Below, one piece after another: positions 1-13,238 of a DNA stretch of 64,000 bases (positions within the stretch are counted from its first letter, which is position 1; the number at the start of each line of letters is the position of its first letter). The notes under the pieces are model-generated. The model worked only from the letters and a program-made list of their open reading frames with translations. It did no database searches and was not told the origin of the DNA. The stretch covers positions 8,742,001-8,806,000 of the forward strand of contig NC_092674.1 in assembly GCF_964355755.1 (NCBI RefSeq), written 5' to 3'. A program made the position numbers and the translations under genes. The stretch is from Antedon mediterranea (Eukaryota; Animalia; Echinodermata).

Positions 1-1705
1 GTTTTGAAGTTTGTGTTTTGTTCATTCCATTCCAGCCACCAGCACATTAGGATAACTTGAACTGGATGTGGTTAATGTGTTCAGGACAGACTAAAACAAG
101 ATGTTTGTTTGTATATTTTTGTTACCCCATGATAATTCCTTTGGCAAATAAATATTGTGGGAAAAAGTGTGTGTGTTTACAGTACTGATCAGAGGTAAAA
201 GTAGTTGACAGAAGTTGCTGAAGAGAGTGAACACAAATTTTAAACTATAAAACATTTCAATACACTTTAAAAAAAAAATCTTATATTGATTGATCGATTG
301 GTGTTTATTTCAGTTATCTGCAAAGTAAATTATTGCCTATACTGTAGGTAACCACCACAAGTTTGTAAATTTTACAAACATAATGAAACAATTGTATGTA
401 GAGTGTGAAAGGATTCTGTAGGCTGGCAAAAACACTTTTACAATACTGACTGCATTTTCTGTGTGAAACGTACACTACCCTACCCAATTTGGATGTTACG
501 CAACGATGTTCTATACAACAAAAGTAAGTTGCCACATCAAAACTGGCAGTTCAGATGAACTGTCGTCTTGTAACAGTACAGTAATGTGTATTGACAAACT
601 CATGTTTATAAATATTTTCAGTAGTTTACTGTACACTATCCTAGTGGGTAATTTTTGTTGATTATAGATTTTGTTTACTGATACAGTATACAAATTTAAA
701 AGAGATTACTATACTAATACTACTATGTTAATCAAACTATTATTGGCTAGGTGAATTCATTAACCTAAAAATGTAGTTTATTATCGCACACAATGACATT
801 CTGGTTTCTACTGGAAGTTTAATGTGATTTGTTAACCCATTTTATAGTGTTCCCAAATGACTAAATGGTCGTTTAAGATTGTCTTAGCAGAATAACCTGT
901 GATTTGTATGTCAATACATAATAAGGTACTGTAAACGGTAAACAATGTATTCAAATTAATAGCATGAATTATTCCTGATAATAATGTATCTAAATTAGTG
1001 AGCCTCATGAATAATTCATGAGTTTTTAAAAGTAATTATCTGTAGTGAGAACACCTTCTTTGATCTAACCGATGAGATTGTTCTTTTTGGAGATATTGTT
1101 GTTTTGTGGTTACTTTACATGTAAAAACGACTTCAGATTTTATCAGTAATAATGTAAGCTCCTAAAAGTATTACTTTAATTAAGACCTGAATATTTTTTC
1201 ATTCTTTAATTTTAATCTGTCTTATTGCCTTATTCCTTAAAATGCATGCATAATTCAATGTATAATTCATGATTTAATTTGAAAAATTTGTATTACTTGC
1301 TTTCAGTACAATACTATATTACTTCAATACTACCAAGGGAACTATAACTTGGTATAAGATTATGTCATTGTATTGTTCTAATCAGGAGCTAAATGAATGC
1401 ATTATGACAAGAAGTGGTTTCCGTTTTGGATAAAAGGACTTGATGAAAGATGGAAATTTACATTGTCTACCGGTAATTCTTTTAATAGACTGCAGTACTT
1501 CCACTCGACCATAGGAAACAATTTATTTTTGAATAATGGAAGCTTTTTTCGTGTAGCTTTATCAATGAAGTTAATAAATTATGCATGCAATAATTATAAT
1601 TATGAATTTTTTAAATTCTCCATCAATTATCTATTGTTAGTACCATTAATTTAATTTTGGGAGATTACCATAAGTACTATGAGTTGGACTATATGCATGA
1701 TTTTG

Positions 1706-2440
1706 GGGTATTGCTATAAAACACCGCAAACCCCGCAAACCCCCGCAAACCTCCAAAAAAAACATAGCAAACCCCATCGAACCAACATAAAAGTGATTGA
1801 ATCATGTACAGTAGTGTACAACCCACTGGGTATATCCATGTAAAATAATACATTTTTACTGTTAACTGATTATTTTTGGGGTAAAACATCATTTTTTGGT
1901 CAAAAATGATTGCTAAACCCTGCAAACCTCCAAAAAAATATAGCAAACCCCATCGAACCAACATAAAAGTGATTGAATCATGTAGTGTACAACCCACTGG
2001 GTATATCCATGTAAAAAAAATATTAAATTTCTACTGTTAACTACTTATTTTTGGGGTAAAACATCATTTTTTGGTCAAAAATGATTGCTAATTTTTAACC
2101 AAAAAATTATGTTTTATTCCCAAAAATAAGTAGTTAACAGTAGAAATTTAATAATTTATATACCGAGTGGGTCGTACACTACATTATTCAATCAGTTTTA
2201 CAGTATGTTGGTTCGGTGGGGTTTGCTATGGTTTTTTGGAGGTTTGCAGGGTTTAGCAATCATTTTTGACCAAAAAATTATTTTTTACCCCAAAAATAAG
2301 TTGTTAACAGTAGAAATTTAATTTTTTTTTTTACATTGATATACCCAGTGGGTTGTACACTACATGATTCAATCACTTTTATGTTTGTTCGATGGGGTTT
2401 GCTATGTTTTTTTGGAGGTTTGCGGTGTTTAGCAATACCC
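1706..2440. mobile_element. Foldback-type non-autonomous DNA transposon
   Basis: Termini GGGTATTGCTA..AAACACCGCAAACC / GGTTTGCGGTGTTTAGCAATACCC. An 8-bp direct repeat TGATTTTG lies on both flanks (1698-1705, 2441-2448). The body is two ~180-bp units followed by two inverted units. Confidence 0.85.
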
Positions 2441-2523
2441 TGATTTTGTGTTCAATCTAACAATTAATATTCTGTCAAAAATAGATAACAAGTAGTTCAT
2501 GAATGTTATTTTCCTCTTTTAAG

Positions 2524-3036
2524 GAGAAATACTGTATGTTTAACACTACGACCAACCCATATTATATTAAGGGACACTTTGTTGGGTCCTGAAAGTGTCC
2601 CATTGATTGTACATAAAGTACTAGTAGTATATTATAATTGGTTTCTTTGTTTTCTTTATTGTTCCTTATAAAGCCAGGTCAAATATTTCAAATTTCATTA
2701 ATTGAACGAAAATGTTAAATGAACAAAATAATATCAAAATCTCCTTTGATGAATAAACATATTAATATTATATTACCATACAATCTGCTCAGTATTTTGA
2801 GTACCAGTGGGTACCACCCACATACAGTAAAGTACTAGTACACACAATCGCCAAATCAATTGCTTGATCAATAATGTCCACTTTACTGGCGTCTCGATGT
2901 ATCTCTTTTTTTATATTATTGAAATAAAATGAGACAAACTTATCTGTCCAATATAAGTTATAATATAACCCCTATTGAAGAGTCACCTTCAGGACCCAAC
3001 AAAGTTGGTTGTAGTGTTTAAACATAGAGTATTGCT
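2524..3036. mobile_element. Degraded MITE-like inverted-repeat element
   Basis: tatgtttaacactacgaccaac...ctttgttgggtcctgaa (2535-2593) is mirrored by ttcaggacccaacaaagttggttgtagtgtttaaacata (2988-3025). Confidence 0.5.
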
Positions 3037-4561
3037 CACCCTTGTTTATTTCATGTTATATTTTAAACAATGAATGAATGAAAACAGAGGTTCAATTGAA
3101 ATATTGTGAGACTTATACAAAGCAAGTTCCGGGATGTTATCAGCAATTGGGATAATTGCACGTTTGGTGGAAGATGAGAGATGACTAGAAATTTAAGGAC
3201 TTAAGACTGTTCAGTGCAAAAGTAATTTTGTAAAAACATGTGTGAATGCGAAAAAATCTGTTTAACATGAAAAAAAATGTGTCTACCTGTATTTACTAAA
3301 GACATTTTTTGCCAAAAATACTCTACTGAAATTAACAATTTGAGAACTACAGTATGTGGTGTTTTTTTCCAGATTTCTGCTTGATTTCTCTTCAGTAATT
3401 TTGAAAAAAATTAATTGACATTTACACTGCAAATTCCACAACCTTAATTTATAAAAGGTGAAGGTCAAATGTCAAACATATGGTTTGTGTTTTAAAATAC
3501 CAATAACTTTATGATGTAAATTTTACATGCATTCATAAAATAATATTCTCACACTTATTAAATGTTTACGTGGTTAAACACGCTCTGTAACATGTTGGAA
3601 TAATTTTATTTTTGAGGAACTTTACACAGGTTGTCTAGTTCCTACATCACATGGTTGTGGTCAGCAAAAAAGTGTTTTCTTCTAAACCGATTTTGGTTCA
3701 GTAGTTTAAACCAAGATGGCGTGGTAGCTTGTTATACTACAGCAAAAATGTGTCCATTAGATGACCGAGTTCTGTGCACTGGCCGCAAATTGAGACAGTG
3801 GTTGCATTGCACCAAAAAATATCTCCATGGAAACCAGTTTAATAGTTAAAACCATTTTAAACATGGTTTATGATTTTTATGTGGACTAACAGTTTTAAAA
3901 GCTCATTCTCCTGCTCAATTGAAACAGGCCCAAACAAAATTCGTTAGTATGTATTTTCTGTAATTAAATAAAATATGTAAAGTACAATAGTAACCTCTTG
4001 ATTTATCACTCATATTCATTAACATAATCTTCAATATGACATTAGTTGCGTTAATGTTGTCTGAGTCATAGCTTTTAAAATACAAATTGTGAATATTGTG
4101 ATAAAATCGCTATTCAGACTTTATAGTTGACAGTCTCTTGTAAACGTTATTGATGTCTAGCTTGTTGAATTACTGAAATAATTTTCTGTCTCAATAAAAT
4201 TGTTCAATTTCATTTTGCTTTTTTTTTACATACAGTTACATAATAAATGCAGTCTGGTCTGAATGAAATTCACATTCAAACACGTATACTTTACTTCAAT
4301 CTCATCAAATTTCATTCAAGTCATTAGCAAATCCTGTGGAATTGAGGGTAACACAGTAACACACTACTTATGGCGCAATTTTTATCTGCAGTGAACAAGT
4401 CAAAACATAAAAAAAGAGCCAACCGCCTGTCTTTTATTCGGACACGTTTATCATTTAATGCACAAGAGAGCCAAAATATCTACTTATCATGTCGCCCAAC
4501 TATTACTATCCGTAGAACCCTTTTAAGGGGACATTTTGGGACAAAAAAAAGTGCCCACTTA

Positions 4562-4720
4562 AGGCCAATTTACTTTTAAAATCCTTAGCTTGTCTCACAT
4601 AGAATCTGTATCTATCCTGAGCGAAAACCGTCGCCGTTCCTTGTTGTGCATAAATGGTCATAAGAACATACCGTAGATTCTATAATTTCACTGTTACCGC
4701 TCATCTGTGTTAAATTGGCT
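4562..4720. mobile_element. Harbinger-like MITE (copy A), nested in an older CAGTAGAACC-type MITE (~4510-4824)
   Basis: AGGCCAATTTAC...GTGTTAAATTGGCT flanked by TTA/TTA. The body is colinear with 38778-38957. Confidence 0.6.
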
Positions 4721-6130
4721 TTAGAAGTTTCACTTGAGTAGGGGTTGGCCATAAAAGTGTTAAAAATTGCTCCTCTTTCGTTTCACACTAAATAGAGTTG
4801 TGCAAAAGGAGTGCTTCTCTACTGTATACACTATTGTCATGATCTCATATTTTGATATAATTTTGTATCAATTTAACTCCAAAAACAATGATAGCAAATT
4901 TTGCCATTCCTGACATTGTTTCTGTAAATGGTTACTATGGTAACCTCCCTTCAGGCAACAGTACCTGCTTGGACAGCTTACAGTGAAATTAAATCCATGG
5001 CATTTTTTTTTTGAAATTACAATTTTTGGTTTCTTTTGAGCACCTGTTTATGAAATCTTGTATCAGAATATAATTTTCATATTGAATATTTTATATATAG
5101 CACCGATATTAGGTACATTCATATTGCCAATAACGATGCTTTTGCATAACTGAAATTACTTCTACCTTATTATAAGTACTGTAGGTTATATTGTAAATAA
5201 TAGACAATTTACTGCTAAGAAGTCTCTGGAGTAAATGTACTAGGAATGTAATGATGCACTAGCTAGCGTTCTAGACGCAATAACTTTTTAACTCGCAAAT
5301 GTATACCCGAAACATGGTGGACAGATGAAACAAAACGCCCTTCATTCAAAAACATTTTGCATTACAATAATGACCAACTATTTTTTGGTAGCGAGATTAC
5401 ACTATTGTTGGTAGTGTAATCTACAGCATGGCCAGTTTTACAGTATATTATTATGAGTATGTCTAGTTGATTGAAAGTTAATATTTTAACTAGGGCGCAA
5501 ATTGGCATAAGCAGTAGACACCATGCACGTCAAACTCTGCATCGCTACAGTAGGTGTTTGGAAAGTTAAATGGCACAGAATGGTTGTGATACATTTTTTT
5601 AGCAGTACTGTACAGTACAGACTAGTAGACAATTTTACTCTATTGTCTCTTTATCTTAAATCATCTTTATCTTAAATCATCTTTATCATCATCATCTTTA
5701 TTATCATCAGTTCAGTTTTCTTAGAATTATTTCCATGTCCTATACACAGCCGTTGTGAGCAATATGTAAATAATATATTCTGTATATAAACATATCATGT
5801 AGAGTTGTGTTGGATGGTTTACAAGACACCTGTAGACATGCACAAATTCTCACCTGTGACAGGTGTGTCAGGGGTCATTAGCGGTATACACTTAAAACCG
5901 TCCATCCATTTATTGCTTTTAATGTCGTTAAATGGTACTTGCAATTGAAGATGCGCAATCCACATTTTGAAAAGATGTAAACTATGCATGGAAAAATAAT
6001 AAGGATTGTTAATTATTTGATGTTGATTATTATATTATACAATTACAAATAAAGAAGAAAATATTCAAGTTCAGTGATATATTTCTTAACAGGCATTGTA
6101 CAGTGGAAATGAGGATGCTAACTGTATATA

Positions 6131-6288
6131 AAGCTCTGTCTACATTATTAAACTATTTTGACAAAAAAGGTGTGATATGCTCAAATACCTGTACAGTATG
6201 GTACTGGTAGTGATATGACATCATCATGTCCATAATGGGCATGTCATATTTTTTTGTCACATAAAGTTTGATAGTATAGACAGAGCTT
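6131..6288. mobile_element. MITE, AAGCTCTGTCTACAC family (copy 1)
   Basis: TA|AAGCTCTGTCTACATTATTAAACT...AGTTTGATAGTATAGACAGAGCTT|TA. Further copies at 28771 and 56867, partial copy at ~40921-40992. Confidence 0.8.
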
Positions 6289-8430
6289 TAGAGTAAATCT
6301 TAAAAAACCCTTAAATAAACCATGATTGAGTTATAGTTAGTTATCTAATCTTAGTAAAATTATATTAATATTATTTTAAAAAAATTTACAATTTAGTAGC
6401 TTCAGATTTTTATAAATTGATACCATTTTAATAATCAGAAAAATTTAAATCATTAATATATTAAGGAATTTATTGTTATTTTACTTGAATGAAAGTTTTG
6501 TTCAAGTTTGTGATAAAGAAAGAAATTTGATACAATTGCGATTTGTTATATAATGCATTCCTCGATTAAAATGGTATTCCCTTAGTCCGTTGTCATGGTA
6601 ATTGACTAGACTATTTCCCAGACTGCTTCCGTTATATCTCTATGTCATTTGAATGTCCCTTTTGAGCATTTTGTCTTTAGACAGGGTTGCTATAGACAAT
6701 TATTTATCTTCAGTCTTTGTTGACTGGTCAACTTTAAACATTTTACTTTACTAATTTGTGACTTTACTGTACATCCCAATATTGAGATTTCAAGTTTTTT
6801 GTTGAATTTAGATTCAAAATTTGTACCTAAAAAATCAATAATTTTCATGTAATCAATATCCAATCTGAAAAAACATTGACAAAAAATACAATAGAATGTG
6901 AAACACTGTAATTGTGAAAATGTTCAAATTACACAGTATCTTTTAGGACCACTATACTTCATACCATTTAAATCATATGTACAGTATAAGAAAAAAGTAT
7001 AAAACCAACAGGAATAAACATATTGTCACTCAATATAACCAATTTCATGTCATTTAATTTTAATTCTTTATTCCGATTTTAATGCCTTTTTTATTCACTT
7101 TTTGAGAACCATGATACAGTGGTACTTGAAGTAATGCAGCAGTACCTGTACTAGAAAGATGAAGGGAAATACTTTGGAAATGGACCTGACAACATGGTTG
7201 ACACAGCTTGGATTACCATAAGTTGGCTTAAGGGGATCAGGTGAACACAGCACATTCCTTTTCCAAGGACACATTTTAGCCTAGGCTAGCCAATAAGCTA
7301 CTGTCTGGAAACAGAGAATTTTATGAAATTACTTTGTTGTGAAGAATTTGTATAAACTTTAAAAATAGTTTATTCAATCAATTATTTTAACATCTCCAAT
7401 ACAATATCGGTAATTATCTTCTCTGGTCTAGTGGTGAAGGTGCTCACCAAAAGTCAGAAGTCAAAAGTTTAAGTCCAAACAGAGGATTTGTAAAGAATTA
7501 GTTAAAATTGAATTTATGATTGAATATATTAAATGATTAAAATAGCTATGTTTGTTTGCATGCTCTATCGAGTTATACAGTCAAGTAGGTACAGTACATA
7601 AGGTTTTTATTGTAACTGTACTACACTAGTTTAACAACATGGAGTTACTGTACTATACTGTATAATCAGTAACTCTGGTATGGTTTATTAGTTCATTGTA
7701 AATTCATTCTATGCAATTCTAGTGTGTGTAGGACATACTTTGTTAATGTTACAGAAAAGTTCCGAACTGGAAATTTAGGATGGATATGTTTAGTACAATA
7801 CAGTAGCTTTGATATATAGATGATCTCAGATATATGATTGTCAATCACTGTAAATCCTGGGGGATTAGTGGTCGAGAGGAAGACAATGTGAACTTTGGTC
7901 GATATTGTATGGCCGAACTATAACCTTAAATAAACTATAGTAACATTTTTCTTTCTGTCAAAAATTCTATTAATATAATTTGCCATCTTGATTCAATGGC
8001 AGATTTGGAAATATTAGCTTACACAGTACTGTAGTACTGTACGTTATAAAAGTTAATGCCTAATATGGTATACTATTAGTGTATATTAAAGTAAAGTGTG
8101 TTAGGTGAAACATTAGTAATGTTCCGGCTTAACCACACACAGGACATGTATGGGTTTTAAATCCATAATTAAACGGATAATGGGAGACTGTAATAAATAA
8201 CTATTTATGGACAGGATTTGTACTTTACAATATATTATTTCTTGGAAAGGATATTAAAAAAAATGTACACAGTAGTTCCATTAATTTGGAAATAAGAAAA
8301 CTAAAAATGAAAACATTTTTTAAATTTAACAATTTAAAAAAAAAAATACTGACTAAATAGTTTTAAGATTAAGAAATGAGTCCAAAAGGAGACTACTATA
8401 AACAATGGAAGTAGTGAGACGTTATTTAAT

Positions 8431-8890
8431 TTATTATATTACTGTACATAGCCTATGTAAATAGGTGAACTTGATTGGATGAAACTGCATCACTACTGCT
8501 GCAAAATCGTAAATCGTATATTTCCTCGAGTACAATGATATTAACTGAGTAATTTTAGCGTGATTATCGTGTCCCTGTCAATCATTGAACATATAAAATT
8601 CAGTAAATTTTGGAGGAGTTTGATATTCACTATAAAATTTGCGTGTGGCAACACTCACGTTTTACACGCCACGCCATGTATCTTGCTTGAAGAAATTTTT
8701 TTGTTATGCGCCCTCTATAGATCTGACAAAAGACTGTTTGTGATTGGTCAATACTAAAACTCACAGTACTAACCTGGCACGCGTGACGCGCTGAACATCC
8801 GGTGAATTATATTTCCCTCGAGCAAAATATCATTCCCTCAGGGATGTCAAATCTTATATTTTACCGTTAAGCAGGCAATATCTGTATAAT
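8431..8890. mobile_element. Possible degraded non-autonomous element (Crypton-like ends)
   Basis: Ends in GGCAATATCTGTATAAT, with an internal direct repeat tatatttc(c)ctcgag.a.aat near both ends. The family assignment is from memory only. Confidence 0.3.
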
Positions 8891-9796
8891 TATTAATAAT
8901 TTATAATGTATAAAGTGATACGTCTGACAAGAAATCTTTACTGTATCTTTTTTTTTATGACTGTGTCATTGCAATTTTTTGCATAAACAGGCAAAGATTC
9001 CTACTTTGTAACCTTTAGTCAACTTGGCTAAATGAGCAGTGAGTGAGGCAGTAAATGTTCTCATAAATTATAAATAAATTACATTACTTGGTATTGTGGT
9101 TTGTGTTTGGATAAAGATTTCAATACTGTAGAGTTGTGCTATAGGCACAGATCAGCTCAATTCAATTTAATTTTCGTCTATTAATTTCATTAATCAATTC
9201 ATTCATCATGTTTGTATTTTAATTCGTTCTTCTAATGTAAATAAAAATGTTGATTTCAGTAGAGGAGGATGAACGAAAAAATCATCTACGACTAGACAAC
9301 AAGTTGATTTGATTGGCTTAACAACAAACTATAGCCATAAATCTTCACAGGTTTAAGGCTCTCCTCGACTGTAAATTCGCCTTCCTCGAATAATTGCGTC
9401 CTCTACACCCTATAATAATGCAATGTTTATCGCATGGTATAAATATGTACAGTATAGTATTTTCCCTTCTCATTCGTAGCCACCAGTATCTCGTCGATCA
9501 ATAAAATTTAACGTTTTTTAATCAAATGCTAACATCTGATTTCTTGGAACGATCTATATTAGCAGTAAAGCTGAATAAAGATATATATATTTTTTTTTTA
9601 GGTTTTATAAAACCAGGGAGTTGTTAATAACAACTCCCTGATAAAACCATAAAGGGAGGGTGATAATAATCTAGTTACCAGCTGTTACTGTATGGTTTAG
9701 GAAGCTTATCTTCAATATGGCAGCTTTACAGCAGGTATCCAAATGGAAATGTGTGGAGCAGCACTTGAAATAAATATGGTAAACAGATTTCAAATA

Positions 9797-10664
9797 CCGT
9801 ATATTTTAGTGTATAAGTCGCACCTGTGTATAAGACGCACCCCCTAACTGAGAGTAAAATATCGGAATTTTTTATATCGTCGATGTATAAGACGCACCTT
9901 ATATTTCATCAAAACAATTTTTTATTAAATTGTAATCAATATATTGTAATAATATATTTTGTTATATCTACAACGGCGTCCTTTATTTAGGTTTTTTCTT
10001 ACCTAGGCTCGGCCGCGCCCAGCCTCAACCGCGCCCAGCCTCAACAAGTTCTTTCTAACTTGTTATTCATGAGTTTCGCACCCGCAACATCGAGTGCATG
10101 ACCGTGTGTGTAACACGCACGTGTGTGGGCTAGCCTCACTCGATCATTTCGAGAGGGCGCACGTTTTCACGGACAATCGTATTCGATTAGTATCTATGTA
10201 TCCGAGAAGTGTATACGCTAAGTCCATGCTATAATCAACTGGAGAATATCCTAGTCGAATACCGTACACCATGTGGCCGCCAAGAAGGGCTTGCGCTAGG
10301 GGTATGGCGGTCGGCGTTCGTGCGTATAACTATAAATAAATACATTCCCATCGTAAACGTTTACAAATGAAATTTTATCGGAGCGCCTAAAACAGCTCTA
10401 TAATGAACAAATCTTTTCATCATATTTAGTATAACATCACGCTAAAATGCCTTGAAAACTAGGCAGAAGCAGGTTGCCGTTACGTTATTACACTGTAGCT
10501 AGCCTACTCAGGCCTAGCCTACTCAGGCCTAGCCGCGCCAACGAGGTGACAATTATGTAGGGCCTAATCTGTGTGGTGAGGCATGTTCGGTGTATAAGAC
10601 GCACCCTTAATTTAGAGGTCAAATTTGCGTGTCAAAAGTGCGACTTATACACCGAAATATACGG
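9797..10664 (+). mobile_element. Tc2/pogo-like (IS630-Tc1-mariner) non-autonomous element, copy 1
   Basis: TA|CCGTATATTT..GTGTATAAGTCGCAC ... GTGCGACTTATACACCGAAATATACGG|TA, with subterminal GTATAAGACGCAC repeats and no transposase ORF. Confidence 0.9.
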
Positions 10665-13134
10665 TATTCATAAATCCAGAAAAATAACATAAAATTAAAT
10701 AATTATTTTAATCTATCCTAAAAGTGTTTTATCTGATGAGTAATAAAAGCCAATGCAATAAAATAGTTTGTGAAAGTTCACCTTCCATTTTTTTTTTTTA
10801 TGAAGATACAGTAGTAAAAACTTGTACAGTGGCTGGCTGGCCATCAAAGGTAGAATTTGGTTTTTATGTTATCTGGCAAAAGATTAAATTCAATTTGTGA
10901 CACTTTTTATTAATTCTTCCTCCTTTGGTTTTGTTATATTTACTTTATTATTTTACCATTCATATATTATAGCTAAATCTTATGTATTATTCAATAAAAC
11001 ATAGTTTTTAACCATATTTTGCAATGATTAGAAGGCGCTAGGAAATTTGATTACCTGACTCGCAAATTAAAACTATTCATCCATTTATTAAAATATTAAA
11101 ATTTCATAAAGAGAAATTATACAAATGAATAAGCAAATGTATAATAAATCAGGTAATGGAGAAGAATGTAGTGGAAAACCATCTGTTGTTAATGGAAAGT
11201 GACTTGATATGTAAAGTCCTCCTGAGCAGGAACTGGCCAGGTCCTAATGAAGTCAAGGTCACAGCAAATGGCTCCAGGTCAAGGTCATGTTGCCAATTGG
11301 AAATCATTTTAAAACTATTTTATTTACAGAAAGTTTAAATAAATAGCAGAAACATATCAATTATTATTTTCCTGAGATATTTAATTTGGTTTCATGGATG
11401 GTTGCCATATGCTGAGAATTTCTGAAAGAGCCAATTAAACATTTAATATTGTACAGATATTTTTCCACTTCTCAATTGATTTAATTCTTCTAGTTCTACA
11501 GTACTTTTTCTTTCTGCCACTCTATGGATTTGTTTTTCCATTTTCTCCCAGTCACCTTTTTTTCCGTTTAGTTTAACTTGTTTCTATCCCATTCCAATTT
11601 TTGTTTCCACTTCTCTTGTTTCCCTATTTCTTCCACTTTATTTCTAGTATTCCACTTCTTCTCCAATTCCACTCCCAATTCTGAGTTTATTTTTTCCCAC
11701 TCCCCTTTTTTCTTCCACTTTTTCCCTTTCTCCTTAATATACTTTCCTCAAAATTCTTACAAAATGCCTAAGTATCTTTAATATAACTTTTTACTTGACC
11801 CAAAAACCTACACTTTATCCCTTTTTAAGCGGATTATAATTCATTGAAAATCTTACTTGAATATTACTTTTGTTTTTGACCTTAAAGCTACTTCAGGCTA
11901 GCCTACCTGGCAGACAGGTGATATATATCTATCAGAGTATATATTTAACAAACCACTTCGGTAGAAAAACAAAACAATCCAGAGAGGCCTAGGAATATAA
12001 AGGTAACCCTTGATGCTATAATAAGAATACAAGGCATTAAAGAAAAAGATGAAGTATATCCAGATCAATAATGTGAATAGCTATTCATGATCAAGAAAAA
12101 CTGTTAAGAACTTCAAAATCAATTTGCATCATAATTGATATTTAATCAAGCAGATTCCCAGTATCTGAACACCGATTGGAATCATCATGCTCATGTTAAT
12201 CCTGATGTTTTATCGTTTCTAATTTGGCATAAAATAATATCCTAGTGGAAGACATCGATTCACATAAAATATCTAGTGATCATGATCAACTACAGTGCAG
12301 GGAAAAATGTCATTTTAAAATTTTGTTTAGCAATATTGCTAATCAAACTGATTTTTGAGTCGAGAAAAATAGTTTTCTATCATAATTTGCTACACAATTG
12401 TAGAAATGTGTAGCAAGAAGGTTGTTTTGTATAGCTTTTTGCTATGCTACACTGGTGAAATTATTTTCTGCAGTGTGTTGTGAACAAAGCTACAGTAATG
12501 CACAGTCATAAAGAAATTATGATAATATCTACAGTATGCTACATTACATTGAACGAAAACATACCAGTATTGTACCAACCTGTTGGTAAAATTAACAGTG
12601 CTACTGTATACTGAAGGTACGGTAACAGATTGAAAGCAGCTACTGTAGTGTAGGTTGTGGTAGGTAACGGGTGAATTAATTATCCAGTAAGCTACTGCTA
12701 CTACTGTACAGAAAAGAAGGCCATACTAAACTGGATAAAAGGGAAGACATTTAATCTAGTTGCTCACCTACATCCATCCATGCAATGACATTGATTTGTC
12801 CTAGTCTATTCAATCAACTTGATCTAAATTTATTTTAAGAGTTTAAAATTATCAATATTCCTAAAAGAAATTATACCTTAACCTGACCTATATTTAAAAG
12901 ACCTATTTTATTGTAAAGTCTGACCTAATAAATCCTGCTAAATCTACTTTTGTTAAAAAACCAAAACTTTTCAAATCACATGTTATTATGCTGTTCTGCT
13001 CATTAACATAATTAACTTCAACTTGCACAGTGTTTACACCTGTACAGTTACATTATTGTACTGTATGTCTTAAAAGCGAATTCACATTGTAATTACTGAT
13101 TGTACAAATATTTTGTAGTGAGACAAATGTTGTA

Positions 13135-13238
13135 CAGTACTGTAAGTAATCTAGTCATAGACGCCTAGTAAACCCAATATATGCAACAGTACTGTAAATA
13201 ATCTAGTCATAGACGCCTAGTAAACCCAATATATGCAA
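13135..13238. repeat. 52-bp tandem duplication
   Basis: cagtactgtaa(g/a)taatctagtcatagacgcctagtaaacccaatatatgcaa, two copies. Confidence 0.9.

Noticed and set aside
7422-7490. Decayed tRNA-like A/B boxes (similar at ~14895-14960 minus strand and ~23270-23330)
   Set aside because: Too diverged to assign. Probably old SINE heads, with no cloverleaf.
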